A stretch of DNA of 25,478 bases, taken from IMG/VR virus record IMGVR_UViG_3300009678_000853, positions 1-25,478 of that record, one strand, 5' to 3'. Made by a program: the position numbers and the translations under genes. The stretch comes from a virus (Duplodnaviria > Caudoviricetes). The notes beneath the pieces were generated by a model, which saw only the letters and a program-made list of their open reading frames with translations, was not told where the DNA came from and ran no database searches. Below, piece after piece: positions 18,338 to 25,478 of this stretch. Within the stretch, counting starts at the first letter, position 1. Each line of letters starts with the position of its first letter.

Positions 18338-18375
18338 AAAAACGGGGGAGGAAAATATCTTTCCCCGTTTTTGTT
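18338..18375 (+). terminator. Rho-independent terminator between the capsid and patatin genes
   Basis: AAAAACGGGGGAGGA / TCTTTCCCCGTTTTT stem with a 5-nt loop and a T-rich tail (TTTTTGTT), abutting the AGGAGG RBS of the next gene. Confidence 0.85.
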
Positions 18376-18389
18376 AGGAGGATAGTATT

Positions 18390-19301
18390 ATGAAATTTGT
18401 ACTATCAGTAGACGGCGGTGGTTGTAAGGGTATCATCCCCGCTCACGTTTTATTTCATTTGTCTAAATGGGTGAATCGTCCATTAAATCAGTGTTTTGAT
18501 TTAATGGGAGGAACTTCTACAGGAGGTTTAGTTATTGCTGGAGTGTCTTTTTTAGATCCAGAACAGCTATTAAATTTTTATCTAACAAACAGTAAAAATA
18601 TATTTATTCGTAATTGGTTGTCTTTTGGATTGACGAGACATAAATATTCTGCTAAATATTTAGAACAATTTTTGAAAGAAACTTTTGGAAATAAAACTTT
18701 AGGGGAATCTCCAGTTCCCCTATTCATGTTCAGTTACGATTTATTGTCTAGTTCTCCTGTTCTGTTAAATAGTTGGGATTTAGATTTTGCTCATTGTAAA
18801 GTGTGGGAGGCATCAAGAGCTACTACTGCTGCTCCCGTGTATTTTCCCCCTTTCTGTTTATCCGTAGGTCCTTTACAGTATGATTTGATTGACGGAGGAG
18901 TGTATTTAAATAATCCTGCTTATTATGTTTATCACGAAGCGAGAAAAAAATGGCCTAATGACGATATATGTTTAATATCGTTAGGTACCGGAGAATATTC
19001 TAAATCATATACTTGTGAAGAGACCAAAAAATGGGGAGCATTAGAATGGCTGACTCCTTTGTTGTCTGTATCTTTTGACGGCCAGAGTGATGTAGCGCAT
19101 AGATTATTAGAAGATATAGTAAAAAATGATAAACGTTTGATGTATTTTCGTTTGCAGAATAAACTAATACACGGTGATTCTGCTATGGATAATACCTCTG
19201 ATGATAATCTTAAAAATTTATTGAAAGACGCGCAAATAATTGAAAAAAATAATGAAAGGTCATTACGAACTATCGTAAGATTAATGAGAAATAAAATATG
19301 A
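18390..19301 (+). CDS. Patatin-like phospholipase
   Basis: Oxyanion motif DGGGCKG, nucleophile elbow GTSTGG, RATTAAPVYF, catalytic DGGV...NNP, and ISLGTG. AGGAGG RBS. Confidence 0.93.
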   Translation: MKFVLSVDGGGCKGIIPAHVLFHLSKWVNRPLNQCFDLMGGTSTGGLVIAGVSFLDPEQLLNFYLTNSKNIFIRNWLSFGLTRHKYSAKYLEQFLKETFGNKTLGESPVPLFMFSYDLLSSSPVLLNSWDLDFAHCKVWEASRATTAAPVYFPPFCLSVGPLQYDLIDGGVYLNNPAYYVYHEARKKWPNDDICLISLGTGEYSKSYTCEETKKWGALEWLTPLLSVSFDGQSDVAHRLLEDIVKNDKRLMYFRLQNKLIHGDSAMDNTSDDNLKNLLKDAQIIEKNNERSLRTIVRLMRNKI

Positions 19302-19630
19302 GTTATTTTGTATTGGAAGCGGCATGTGGTCCTTCTGAGTATTTTCAAGAACATTGTTACACTGAAGTTGTTCATGTGTATGACAAAATTGCTGTAGTTA
19401 GTGACGTTAATACAGCTAGTCAATTGCAACACGCGCATCTGTACACTTTGATTGGAGAGTTTGAAAGTTTGGAGCAGGCAGTAGAATTTAAGAATAAGCA
19501 TATTGGTATCCGAGATGGTGTGATTGCGCTCGAACCTGTTCAGGTTGCATCCTCTAAAAAAGTAAGTAAACAGGAAGCGAAACAATCAGAAGAAGCGTGG
19601 TATGGAAAGGGACCCGTTACCTTTTCTTAA
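19298..19630 (+). CDS. Hypothetical protein
   Basis: 110-aa ORF with an ATGA overlap with the patatin gene. Confidence 0.65.
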   Translation: MSYFVLEAACGPSEYFQEHCYTEVVHVYDKIAVVSDVNTASQLQHAHLYTLIGEFESLEQAVEFKNKHIGIRDGVIALEPVQVASSKKVSKQEAKQSEEAWYGKGPVTFS

Positions 19631-19641
19631 GAGGTGGTTGG

Positions 19642-20547
19642 ATGGCGTTATTGCAATTTATTTCTGGAACTACCGTAAATTTATTATATGATTTTTTTAC
19701 TTCCGATGGAGACAGAACTCCTGTAGATAATCCATACGGAAAGGTATTTACGCCAGAAAAAAGCGAGTATTCCACTACTACATTGTCTTCTGTATCCGGG
19801 GTTACAGGGCAATATTATCAATTGTTTTATGTCCCTACTGGTTTGACCATTGGGCATTGGTCAACCGTGGGGGTGGGGTTTACTAATAATTCTAATATTT
19901 TTAGCCACGTTCAACCATTTTCTATTATATCCTTGTCTGTCGAACCGTTATTTGTCGGGGTGAATGACCTACGTGATTGGTTAGACGTGCCTGCTACAGA
20001 CCATACTAAAGATGAACTATATAAAAGATTATTACTTACAGCGGTTTCCTGTATTGAACAATATTTACGTAGACGGATTTCTGTACACTCAGTTAGCGAG
20101 GTGTTTCATTTACCCTCTCGTTCCCTGGTTCAGTTAAAAGATTATCCTGTAAATTATATTTCTGGCATTACTGTTTCTGAAACATTTGGTGGAGCTATTC
20201 CTTCGTCGCCAAATGGCGGAGCTATTACTGCTGATTCAGTTATTGATGATTTCTATTTTGATCTAAAGAATGATTCTGGAATAATCACTTTTCTAGATTC
20301 AACTGGAGAAGAATGTATGTATTCTGGTATTCATATAGAAATCGATTATTCAGCCGGATATTTAACCGTTCCAGAAGCATTGCGTTCTGCTGTATTAATG
20401 TTAGCAAGTGGTATTTTTAATTTAAGCCAAAGTGAGGGGTTAGAGATTGTTAGATTTTCTGATCTACAGTTTACGTTTTCTAAGGGTTTGTTTACTAGTC
20501 AAATAAAAGATATGTTGCAAGGCTTTGGTAAAGTAACGGTATTATAA
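19642..20547 (+). CDS. Head-tail adaptor (HK97 gp6 / SPP1 gp15-like) with an extra N-terminal beta-rich domain
   Basis: C-terminal two thirds: VNDLRDWL...DELYKRLLLTAVSCIEQYLRR...YPVNYISGI...IDYSAGYLTVPEALRSAVLMLAS. The ATG at 19642 has an AAGAGGTGG RBS; the track start at 19597 overlaps the previous gene. Confidence 0.8.
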   Translation: MALLQFISGTTVNLLYDFFTSDGDRTPVDNPYGKVFTPEKSEYSTTTLSSVSGVTGQYYQLFYVPTGLTIGHWSTVGVGFTNNSNIFSHVQPFSIISLSVEPLFVGVNDLRDWLDVPATDHTKDELYKRLLLTAVSCIEQYLRRRISVHSVSEVFHLPSRSLVQLKDYPVNYISGITVSETFGGAIPSSPNGGAITADSVIDDFYFDLKNDSGIITFLDSTGEECMYSGIHIEIDYSAGYLTVPEALRSAVLMLASGIFNLSQSEGLEIVRFSDLQFTFSKGLFTSQIKDMLQGFGKVTVL

Positions 20548-20548
20548 A

Positions 20549-20878
20549 ATGACGATATTGAGATCTGTACTAACGGGGAGTGTAACAACATATACCATTA
20601 CTTTTGTAACATCTACTTCCACTGGTGCTCCTATAGAGACTTTAGTAGCAAATGGGGACAGTGTTGATATTGCGGAAATGAAATCACGGGTAACTTATGA
20701 CACCAATGTAAACGGTAATGTTAAGTTAGAAGATTTCCGTTTTCTCAGTGAAAGAATCTTAGACCCCCAAACAATAGTAGTGGAAAAAGATGGTGTGAAA
20801 TACAGAATTAAAGCAACAAAAAAAGGTGGATTAAATAATAAGGTTTTTGGTTATACTTATTCGTGCGTTTTGTATTAA
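20549..20878 (+). CDS. Putative head-closure (SPP1 gp16-like) protein
   Basis: 109 aa, beta-rich, immediately after the adaptor. The IVVEKDGVKYRIKA pattern is typical of head-tail joining proteins. Confidence 0.55.
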   Translation: MTILRSVLTGSVTTYTITFVTSTSTGAPIETLVANGDSVDIAEMKSRVTYDTNVNGNVKLEDFRFLSERILDPQTIVVEKDGVKYRIKATKKGGLNNKVFGYTYSCVLY

Positions 20879-20908
20879 ATAACTATTTATGTTTTGAGGA
20901 AAGGAGTA

Positions 20909-21895
20909 ATGTTCGAGCGTTTAGATCAAGTTAATGATGACTTACACGTCGTAACTACTGTATTTAATCCCTACCGTTATCGTTCTCGTTGGAAATTATA
21001 TGAAGATTTTGCGAGAATGTGTTTTTGTTCAGGAGCAAAGCTTTATACTTGTGAAATAGCTTATGGTGAAAGGGATTTTGTATTATCTCCTCCTGAAGGT
21101 GATCCATCCCGATTATTGCAATTACGGACTTTTGAAGACCTTTGGTTAAAAGAAAATGCTTTAAGACTAATGATGGAACGTTTACCTTTATCGGCCAAGT
21201 ATATTGCTTGGGTAGACGCTGATATTAATTTCATGCGTCCTGATTGGGTGAATGAAACTCTTCATCTTCTTCAAAGGTATCACGTCATTCAAATGTGGTC
21301 ACAAGCATTTGATTTAGATTCAAATCACCAAGTTATTCAGGAGCACCATTCTTTTATGTCCTCGTGGACACAGAATCTTCCTCCCCCTCCTGATCCATAT
21401 TATTATTATACATTTAAAAGATCGGCAAAGAAGAAGATTTATACTCATCATCCAGGCTTTGCATGGGCGGCAACGAAAGAAGCATTAGACCATTTAGGGG
21501 GGTTACTTGATTTTGGTATACTTGGAGCAGGTGATAATCATATGGCTCAGGCACTTGTGGGAAATGTTCATAAGAGTTGTCATCCTCAAATGGGAGATTC
21601 CTATAAAGAATTGTTGAATGATTGGCAAGGTAGGGCGTTGTTGCATTTGAAAAAAGATGTGGGTTTCATGGAAGGGGCTTTATACCACGCATGGCATGGC
21701 AAAAAGGCTGATAGAAAATATAAAGATCGATGGAAGATTTTAGTTGAAAATCAATTTAATCCTAATACTGATTTGAAGAGAGACATGTATGGATTGCATA
21801 TTTTAGATGTAGATACGTCTGATCGTATGATTAAACTACGTGATGATATTAGAGCATACTTCAAAAATAGGAACGAGGATCATTTATCTGAATAG
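20909..21895 (+). CDS. Putative GT-A fold glycosyltransferase
   Basis: KENAL...YIAWVDAD (DxD motif), GFAWAA...LGGLLDFGILGAGD and LYHAWHG, resembling the GT2/GT7 C-terminal motifs. The ATG at 20909 has an AAGGAG RBS. Confidence 0.65.
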   Translation: MFERLDQVNDDLHVVTTVFNPYRYRSRWKLYEDFARMCFCSGAKLYTCEIAYGERDFVLSPPEGDPSRLLQLRTFEDLWLKENALRLMMERLPLSAKYIAWVDADINFMRPDWVNETLHLLQRYHVIQMWSQAFDLDSNHQVIQEHHSFMSSWTQNLPPPPDPYYYYTFKRSAKKKIYTHHPGFAWAATKEALDHLGGLLDFGILGAGDNHMAQALVGNVHKSCHPQMGDSYKELLNDWQGRALLHLKKDVGFMEGALYHAWHGKKADRKYKDRWKILVENQFNPNTDLKRDMYGLHILDVDTSDRMIKLRDDIRAYFKNRNEDHLSE

Positions 21896-21951
21896 TTTAT
21901 GAAATGAGTATGTCCAAACCGGGTAGCTACCGTAAATAGCTGGAGATATTT

Positions 21952-22314
21952 ATGAGTAAATTTAATGCTTTATTTTTTGTTTTAGCTCTTGTTCTTAGTG
22001 GTGTAAGTCCCGCACTAGCGGCAACCATTACTGTAGCGGTTTCATGGACTAATCCGACAACGGGGGGTGCAATTACGGCTATGCATGTTCAGCGTTCTAC
22101 TGATGATGGAACGACTTGGACAAATGTTAGTCCTGCATTTACTGGTAATATTCAGCAATATACTGACGTTGCCGCTCCATTAACCACTATTCCTCAATAC
22201 CGTATAAATCGTTGCAACGCTGTTGGTTGTTCCGCTTCCGCTGTGTATATTCCCGCTGTTTCTGCTCCCGATGCTGCAACTAACGTTTCTGGTGCTTTTA
22301 CTATCAATCCGTAG
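21952..22314 (+). CDS. Secreted fibronectin type III-like protein
   Basis: Signal peptide MSKFNALFFVLALVLSGVSPALA (AxA cleavage site). FN3 pattern VSWTNP...VQRSTDDGTTW...YTD...YRI...NAVGCS. Confidence 0.75.
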   Translation: MSKFNALFFVLALVLSGVSPALAATITVAVSWTNPTTGGAITAMHVQRSTDDGTTWTNVSPAFTGNIQQYTDVAAPLTTIPQYRINRCNAVGCSASAVYIPAVSAPDAATNVSGAFTINP

Positions 22315-22342
22315 TTATCCTAAAAAAGATCATCCTACCAAA

Positions 22343-22383
22343 ATAAAGTAGCTTGCTATTTCCTCAATAGTATGCTACTTTAT
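22343..22383. promoter_or_regulatory. Long imperfect palindrome overlapping a sigma70-like promoter
   Basis: Arms ATAAAGTAGC-T-TGCTATT / AATAGTA-T-GCTACTTTAT with a TCCTC loop. Contains TTGCTA (22353-22358), a 17-nt spacer and TACTTT (22376-22381), with an extended TG at 22373-22374. Confidence 0.55.
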
Positions 22384-22416
22384 GTCAATATCTAAAAATA
22401 ACAGAGATTAAAATAT

Positions 22417-24048
22417 ATGAGTGAAAAATTAATAGCCACTTTTCTTAAAGTTCGCAATGGAATTTTACGTGGCGATTTGTATAATTGTTTAATTAATCTT
22501 GAAAATTATACAGACGATTTATTTGTTTGTGACGATAATAGTTTTGATGGGACTACTGAAGTTTTACGTGATTTAGTTCCAGAAGATCAACTGTTGATTG
22601 TTCCTCCTGAACAACATTCTTTTGCAAGGGAGATGTTTCATAAGGAAGATTTGTTACAGATGATCCATAAGAAGGGGCCTTACAGTTACATATTCTGGAT
22701 TGATTCTGACGAGGTATTAGATAAGGCGGGCACTGAAGGACTACGAGATTTCTGTGAGAAAAATTTGAAAACTTCTACTGCCGGTTGGATGTTTCATTAC
22801 ACTCAGTTTTGGAGGAATACAAATTATGCTCGAACGGATGATGGTTTTGATGACGGTCATTTTGTCAAGTTGTGGCGTTATCGCGGGGACTTATCCTTTG
22901 ATGTTGGCGAGGGTACGCATAGACCGCAATTCCCCAAGCAATTATTAATTGCTCGTGCTAAAGATCCTGACGCTATTCAATTAGCTCCTTTTGAACTTCT
23001 TCACTATGGGAATGTCGGACAAAATTTGAAGTTCAAGGCTCTTCAATATGCCGCTGGTCCTGACGGTATCGAGTTAGGGGGAGTAGCACGGCATTTACAG
23101 TTTACCGATGAAGCAACCTACCGTAAAGTAGAACAAGACATTATTCCTAATGGTTCTATTAAAGTTACAGATGAAAATGTTCCCACTCCCTTCACAGAAA
23201 AACAAATCAATCTCACTTTAATGATGAGGAATTTTAAGAAGTTAGAAAGACATTTCTGTGTTATCGTCTCTGCTTATAATAGAGCAAAGGATCTTCCTCG
23301 TGCCCTTGATAGTTTGATTGCTCAGACATATGAAAAATGGCATTGTGTAGTTGTCGATGACGGAAGCACTGACAATACCGAACAGGTAGTATCCGAGTAT
23401 TGCAACCAAGATCCACGATTTTTCTATGCCAAGTATTTGAAGCATGGTGGTGGCGTTTTGGCAAATGAAAGAGGAATGGATATTGCAGTAAATACTGCTG
23501 ATTATTGGACAAGGTTAGGTTCTGACGATTGGTTTATGCCTACAAAGTTGGAAATTGATGCTGAGGCGTTTAATCGTGGACATTTAGCAGTGTACAGCCC
23601 TTTTGTTGTTCATCGTAATGGCAGTTTTGACGAAATAGGCAATAAGCCGGTTCCGTCTAACATGATTAAAGAAGGATTTACTAAAGGGGGGTTCTTTGCT
23701 TCATGGGCAAGTATGGCAGTACATTGTCATATTTTGCGAGAATTGAAGAAAAAGTACGGTAACTATGTTGATCCTCAATTGGTCAATATGGAAGATTTAC
23801 TTTTTAATTATCGTGTTTCTACATTAACTCCGTGGATCTTTAACATGTTATATACAGGAGAAATTATTGTTAATCCAGATATGCCCTTTATTCAGGATGT
23901 TGCGGAAAATAAAATTGACTTAGAAGTATCGGGTGTGTGGAATTGCGTGACTACGGGCGCTTCCGGTAACACCGATTTATACAACAGAGACCATCAATTA
24001 AGTCTTCGTCTGATTCAGGAAGAACAACGAAAATACGAAAATAAATAA
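22417..24048 (+). CDS. Tandem two-domain family 2 glycosyltransferase
   Basis: Domain 1: KVRNG...VCDDNSFDGT...WIDSDE. Domain 2: VIVSAYNRAKDLPRALDSLIAQTY...VVDDGSTDNT...LGSDD...ED. Confidence 0.9.
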   Translation: MSEKLIATFLKVRNGILRGDLYNCLINLENYTDDLFVCDDNSFDGTTEVLRDLVPEDQLLIVPPEQHSFAREMFHKEDLLQMIHKKGPYSYIFWIDSDEVLDKAGTEGLRDFCEKNLKTSTAGWMFHYTQFWRNTNYARTDDGFDDGHFVKLWRYRGDLSFDVGEGTHRPQFPKQLLIARAKDPDAIQLAPFELLHYGNVGQNLKFKALQYAAGPDGIELGGVARHLQFTDEATYRKVEQDIIPNGSIKVTDENVPTPFTEKQINLTLMMRNFKKLERHFCVIVSAYNRAKDLPRALDSLIAQTYEKWHCVVVDDGSTDNTEQVVSEYCNQDPRFFYAKYLKHGGGVLANERGMDIAVNTADYWTRLGSDDWFMPTKLEIDAEAFNRGHLAVYSPFVVHRNGSFDEIGNKPVPSNMIKEGFTKGGFFASWASMAVHCHILRELKKKYGNYVDPQLVNMEDLLFNYRVSTLTPWIFNMLYTGEIIVNPDMPFIQDVAENKIDLEVSGVWNCVTTGASGNTDLYNRDHQLSLRLIQEEQRKYENK

Positions 24049-24067
24049 TTTTGTAGAGGTAACTTAA

Positions 24068-24751
24068 ATGAAAGGAGTTGTATTTGCTTTAGCACTTGTT
24101 TTAATGTTTGCTACTCAGGCTTTTTCCCAAGCTACTCAGATTTGTTATCAGATGGGTGAATGGCGTATGGCCTATTTTGGTACTTGGGATGTAGTAGGTA
24201 CGTTCAACAGCCGTGGTCAAGGTTCCGGTCACATTCCTGGGAACGTATATACTGCTGAGATATTTGATTATGATGTCTGTACCAAGAATTATGGAGTACC
24301 CGCTTGTCATTTTCTTTATCAACGTGCTATCAATAGTTTTAATAGTACGTTATCTTTAGATTGTAATAATACTCAAGGAGAATGGACGAATAATTACGGC
24401 GGTTATGAGACCTGGTATCAGGGGAATAAGTCTGTAGGTGTGTACGGGTATTTGTACACGGATCATACGAATGTCCCTTGCGGTATTTACTCTTTCTTTG
24501 GTAATATCAATGGAGACGGGGTTACAGACGTATTTTATCGTCATGTAGGAGCTACACCTAGTCATTGTCATTATTCGTTTACGTATCGTGGTGTAACGTA
24601 TGGTCAATCGGGTTCCGGTAGATGGACAAACAGTCAGGGAAGCGGTCAATACGCAGTCTATCGCAAGTCACCTTTACCCGGCAATCAATGGGGAAAGTTG
24701 TGGAGTCCTATTAGGGAACCTGCTTCTGCCAAGAAACCTTGGAGACAATAA
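24068..24751 (+). CDS. Secreted Tyr/Gly/Cys-rich beta-strand protein of unknown function
   Basis: Signal peptide MKGVVFALALVLMFATQAFS. The mature part has six Cys and repeated GxW(T)N motifs. AGAGGT RBS. Confidence 0.7.
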   Translation: MKGVVFALALVLMFATQAFSQATQICYQMGEWRMAYFGTWDVVGTFNSRGQGSGHIPGNVYTAEIFDYDVCTKNYGVPACHFLYQRAINSFNSTLSLDCNNTQGEWTNNYGGYETWYQGNKSVGVYGYLYTDHTNVPCGIYSFFGNINGDGVTDVFYRHVGATPSHCHYSFTYRGVTYGQSGSGRWTNSQGSGQYAVYRKSPLPGNQWGKLWSPIREPASAKKPWRQ

Positions 24752-24758
24752 GGATTAA

Positions 24759-24920
24759 ATGAATCAATATCAAAAATATTTAGTAAAAAATCTCACTAAT
24801 CTTATCTCTTATGTGGATGACGAGGAAGAGCAGTTTATTTTGAAAGCCATAGAATGGCTGAAGAAAGCAAAGGTGAGTCCGAAAAATAAACAATGCAAAT
24901 TGCTATGTAAATCATCCTAA
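24759..24920 (+). CDS. Small hypothetical protein (53 aa, absent from the ORF track)
   Basis: TAAGGA RBS, then MNQYQKYLVKNLTNLISYVDDEEEQFILKAIEWLKKAKVSPKNKQCKLLCKSS and TAA. It fills the gap almost exactly. Confidence 0.6.
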   Translation: MNQYQKYLVKNLTNLISYVDDEEEQFILKAIEWLKKAKVSPKNKQCKLLCKSS

Positions 24921-24930
24921 ATGAAAGGAA

Positions 24931-25449
24931 ATGAAGTTAGATGTTGTTGCCAATAGTAATAATGACGAGTTTTATACTCCATTCTATGCTATAGAACCGT
25001 TGTTAAAATATGTAGATATTGATAGGATTGTTTGGTGTCCTTTTGATACTGAAAAAAGTCTTATTGTAAAAACATTTCAAAACAGAGGAAATGAAGTAAT
25101 ATACACTCATTTATCAGAAGATAAGGATTTTTTTGTTATTGATCCTCCCGGATGTGATGTAATTATTTCAAATCCTCCTTATTCGCAAAAAGGTAAAGTT
25201 TTTGAAAGGCTGTTTACAATAGACATAGACTTTGCTATGTTGGTCGGAGTGGTCGGGCTATTTGAGAGTCAACATCGTTTTGAGTTATTTGCAAAAAATA
25301 AGTTTGAAATAATGTGGTTAAACAAAAGAATAAGTTATTTTAAATCATATGAAGATGAAAAACCTAGTCTCAATCCTCCCTTTTCTTCAGTTTGGATAAC
25401 CAAAAATTTACTTCCACAACAAAATAATTTTGAAAGGATAAATAAATAA
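24931..25449 (+). CDS. Small phage N6-adenine DNA methyltransferase
   Basis: DEFYTP, IVWCPFD (SAM-binding region), and catalytic SNPPYS. AAAGGA RBS. Confidence 0.8.
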   Translation: MKLDVVANSNNDEFYTPFYAIEPLLKYVDIDRIVWCPFDTEKSLIVKTFQNRGNEVIYTHLSEDKDFFVIDPPGCDVIISNPPYSQKGKVFERLFTIDIDFAMLVGVVGLFESQHRFELFAKNKFEIMWLNKRISYFKSYEDEKPSLNPPFSSVWITKNLLPQQNNFERINK

Positions 25450-25478
25450 TGCTCATTAATGATTGCAAAAACGAATCA
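25449..25478 (+). CDS. Start of the next ORF (truncated by the window end)
   Basis: TAATG overlap with the methyltransferase stop. Reads MLINDCKNES, open to the window edge. Confidence 0.45.
   Translation, partial: MLINDCKNES

Noticed and set aside
18184-18340. tRNA, tmRNA, pistol/twister/HDV ribozyme or c-di-GMP-I riboswitch
   Set aside because: There is no cloverleaf or T-loop. Only short fragments (UAAAUAG, CCACG, GUCUAAA) resemble those families, and their stem order does not fit.
18390-19301. Complete CBASS defence operon
   Set aside because: No CD-NTase, Cap2 or Cap3 gene is recognisable in the window; only the patatin is present.
5-24649. Minus-strand ORFs from the track (e.g. 10636-11268, 13417-13959, 18932-19585) and the nested + ORF 17450-17686
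   Set aside because: All overlap well-supported + strand genes and lack recognisable motifs. They are shadow frames.
24931-25449. Sugar-phosphate nucleotidyltransferase belonging to the glycosylation cassette
   Set aside because: There is no GxGTR nucleotidyltransferase motif. NPPY and DEFYTP indicate an amino-methyltransferase.
1-25478. CRISPR array, integrase, IS element, intron or intein
   Set aside because: No regularly spaced repeats or recombinase/transposase motifs were seen. TerL, the helicases and the primase have normal lengths with contiguous motifs.
1-25478. Stop-codon reassignment (alternative genetic code)
   Set aside because: Genes are full length under the standard code, and TAA, TAG and TGA all terminate genes at sensible boundaries.

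Overview
This window is a dense, entirely + strand segment of a dsDNA bacteriophage (Caudoviricetes-like, HK97-fold head), AT-rich and using the standard genetic code. Positions ~129-10575 are a replication and nucleotide-metabolism module: a winged-helix initiator-like protein, SF2 helicase, DnaB/T4 gp41-type helicase, ThyX, Zn-finger/TOPRIM primase, a GalE-like epimerase, a degenerate HNH, MazG and a Holliday junction resolvase, closed by an intrinsic terminator. Positions ~10700-20880 are packaging and head genes (TerS, TerL, portal, prohead protease with scaffold, major capsid, head-tail adaptor, head closure). This module carries unusual inserts: a stand-alone AAA SRH/lid-like fragment, a metallophosphoesterase, and a ~190-nt structured RNA element with a terminator directly upstream of a patatin phospholipase. 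Where tail genes normally follow, there are two glycosyltransferase genes (three GT-A domains) alternating with two signal-peptide proteins, then an adenine methyltransferase. The best candidates for new biology are (1) the riboswitch/attenuator-like RNA that may gate the patatin gene after the capsid gene and (2) the glycosyltransferase plus exported-protein cassette with its possible sugar-nucleotide supplier. All calls come from reading motifs by eye; no database searches or folding programs were run.
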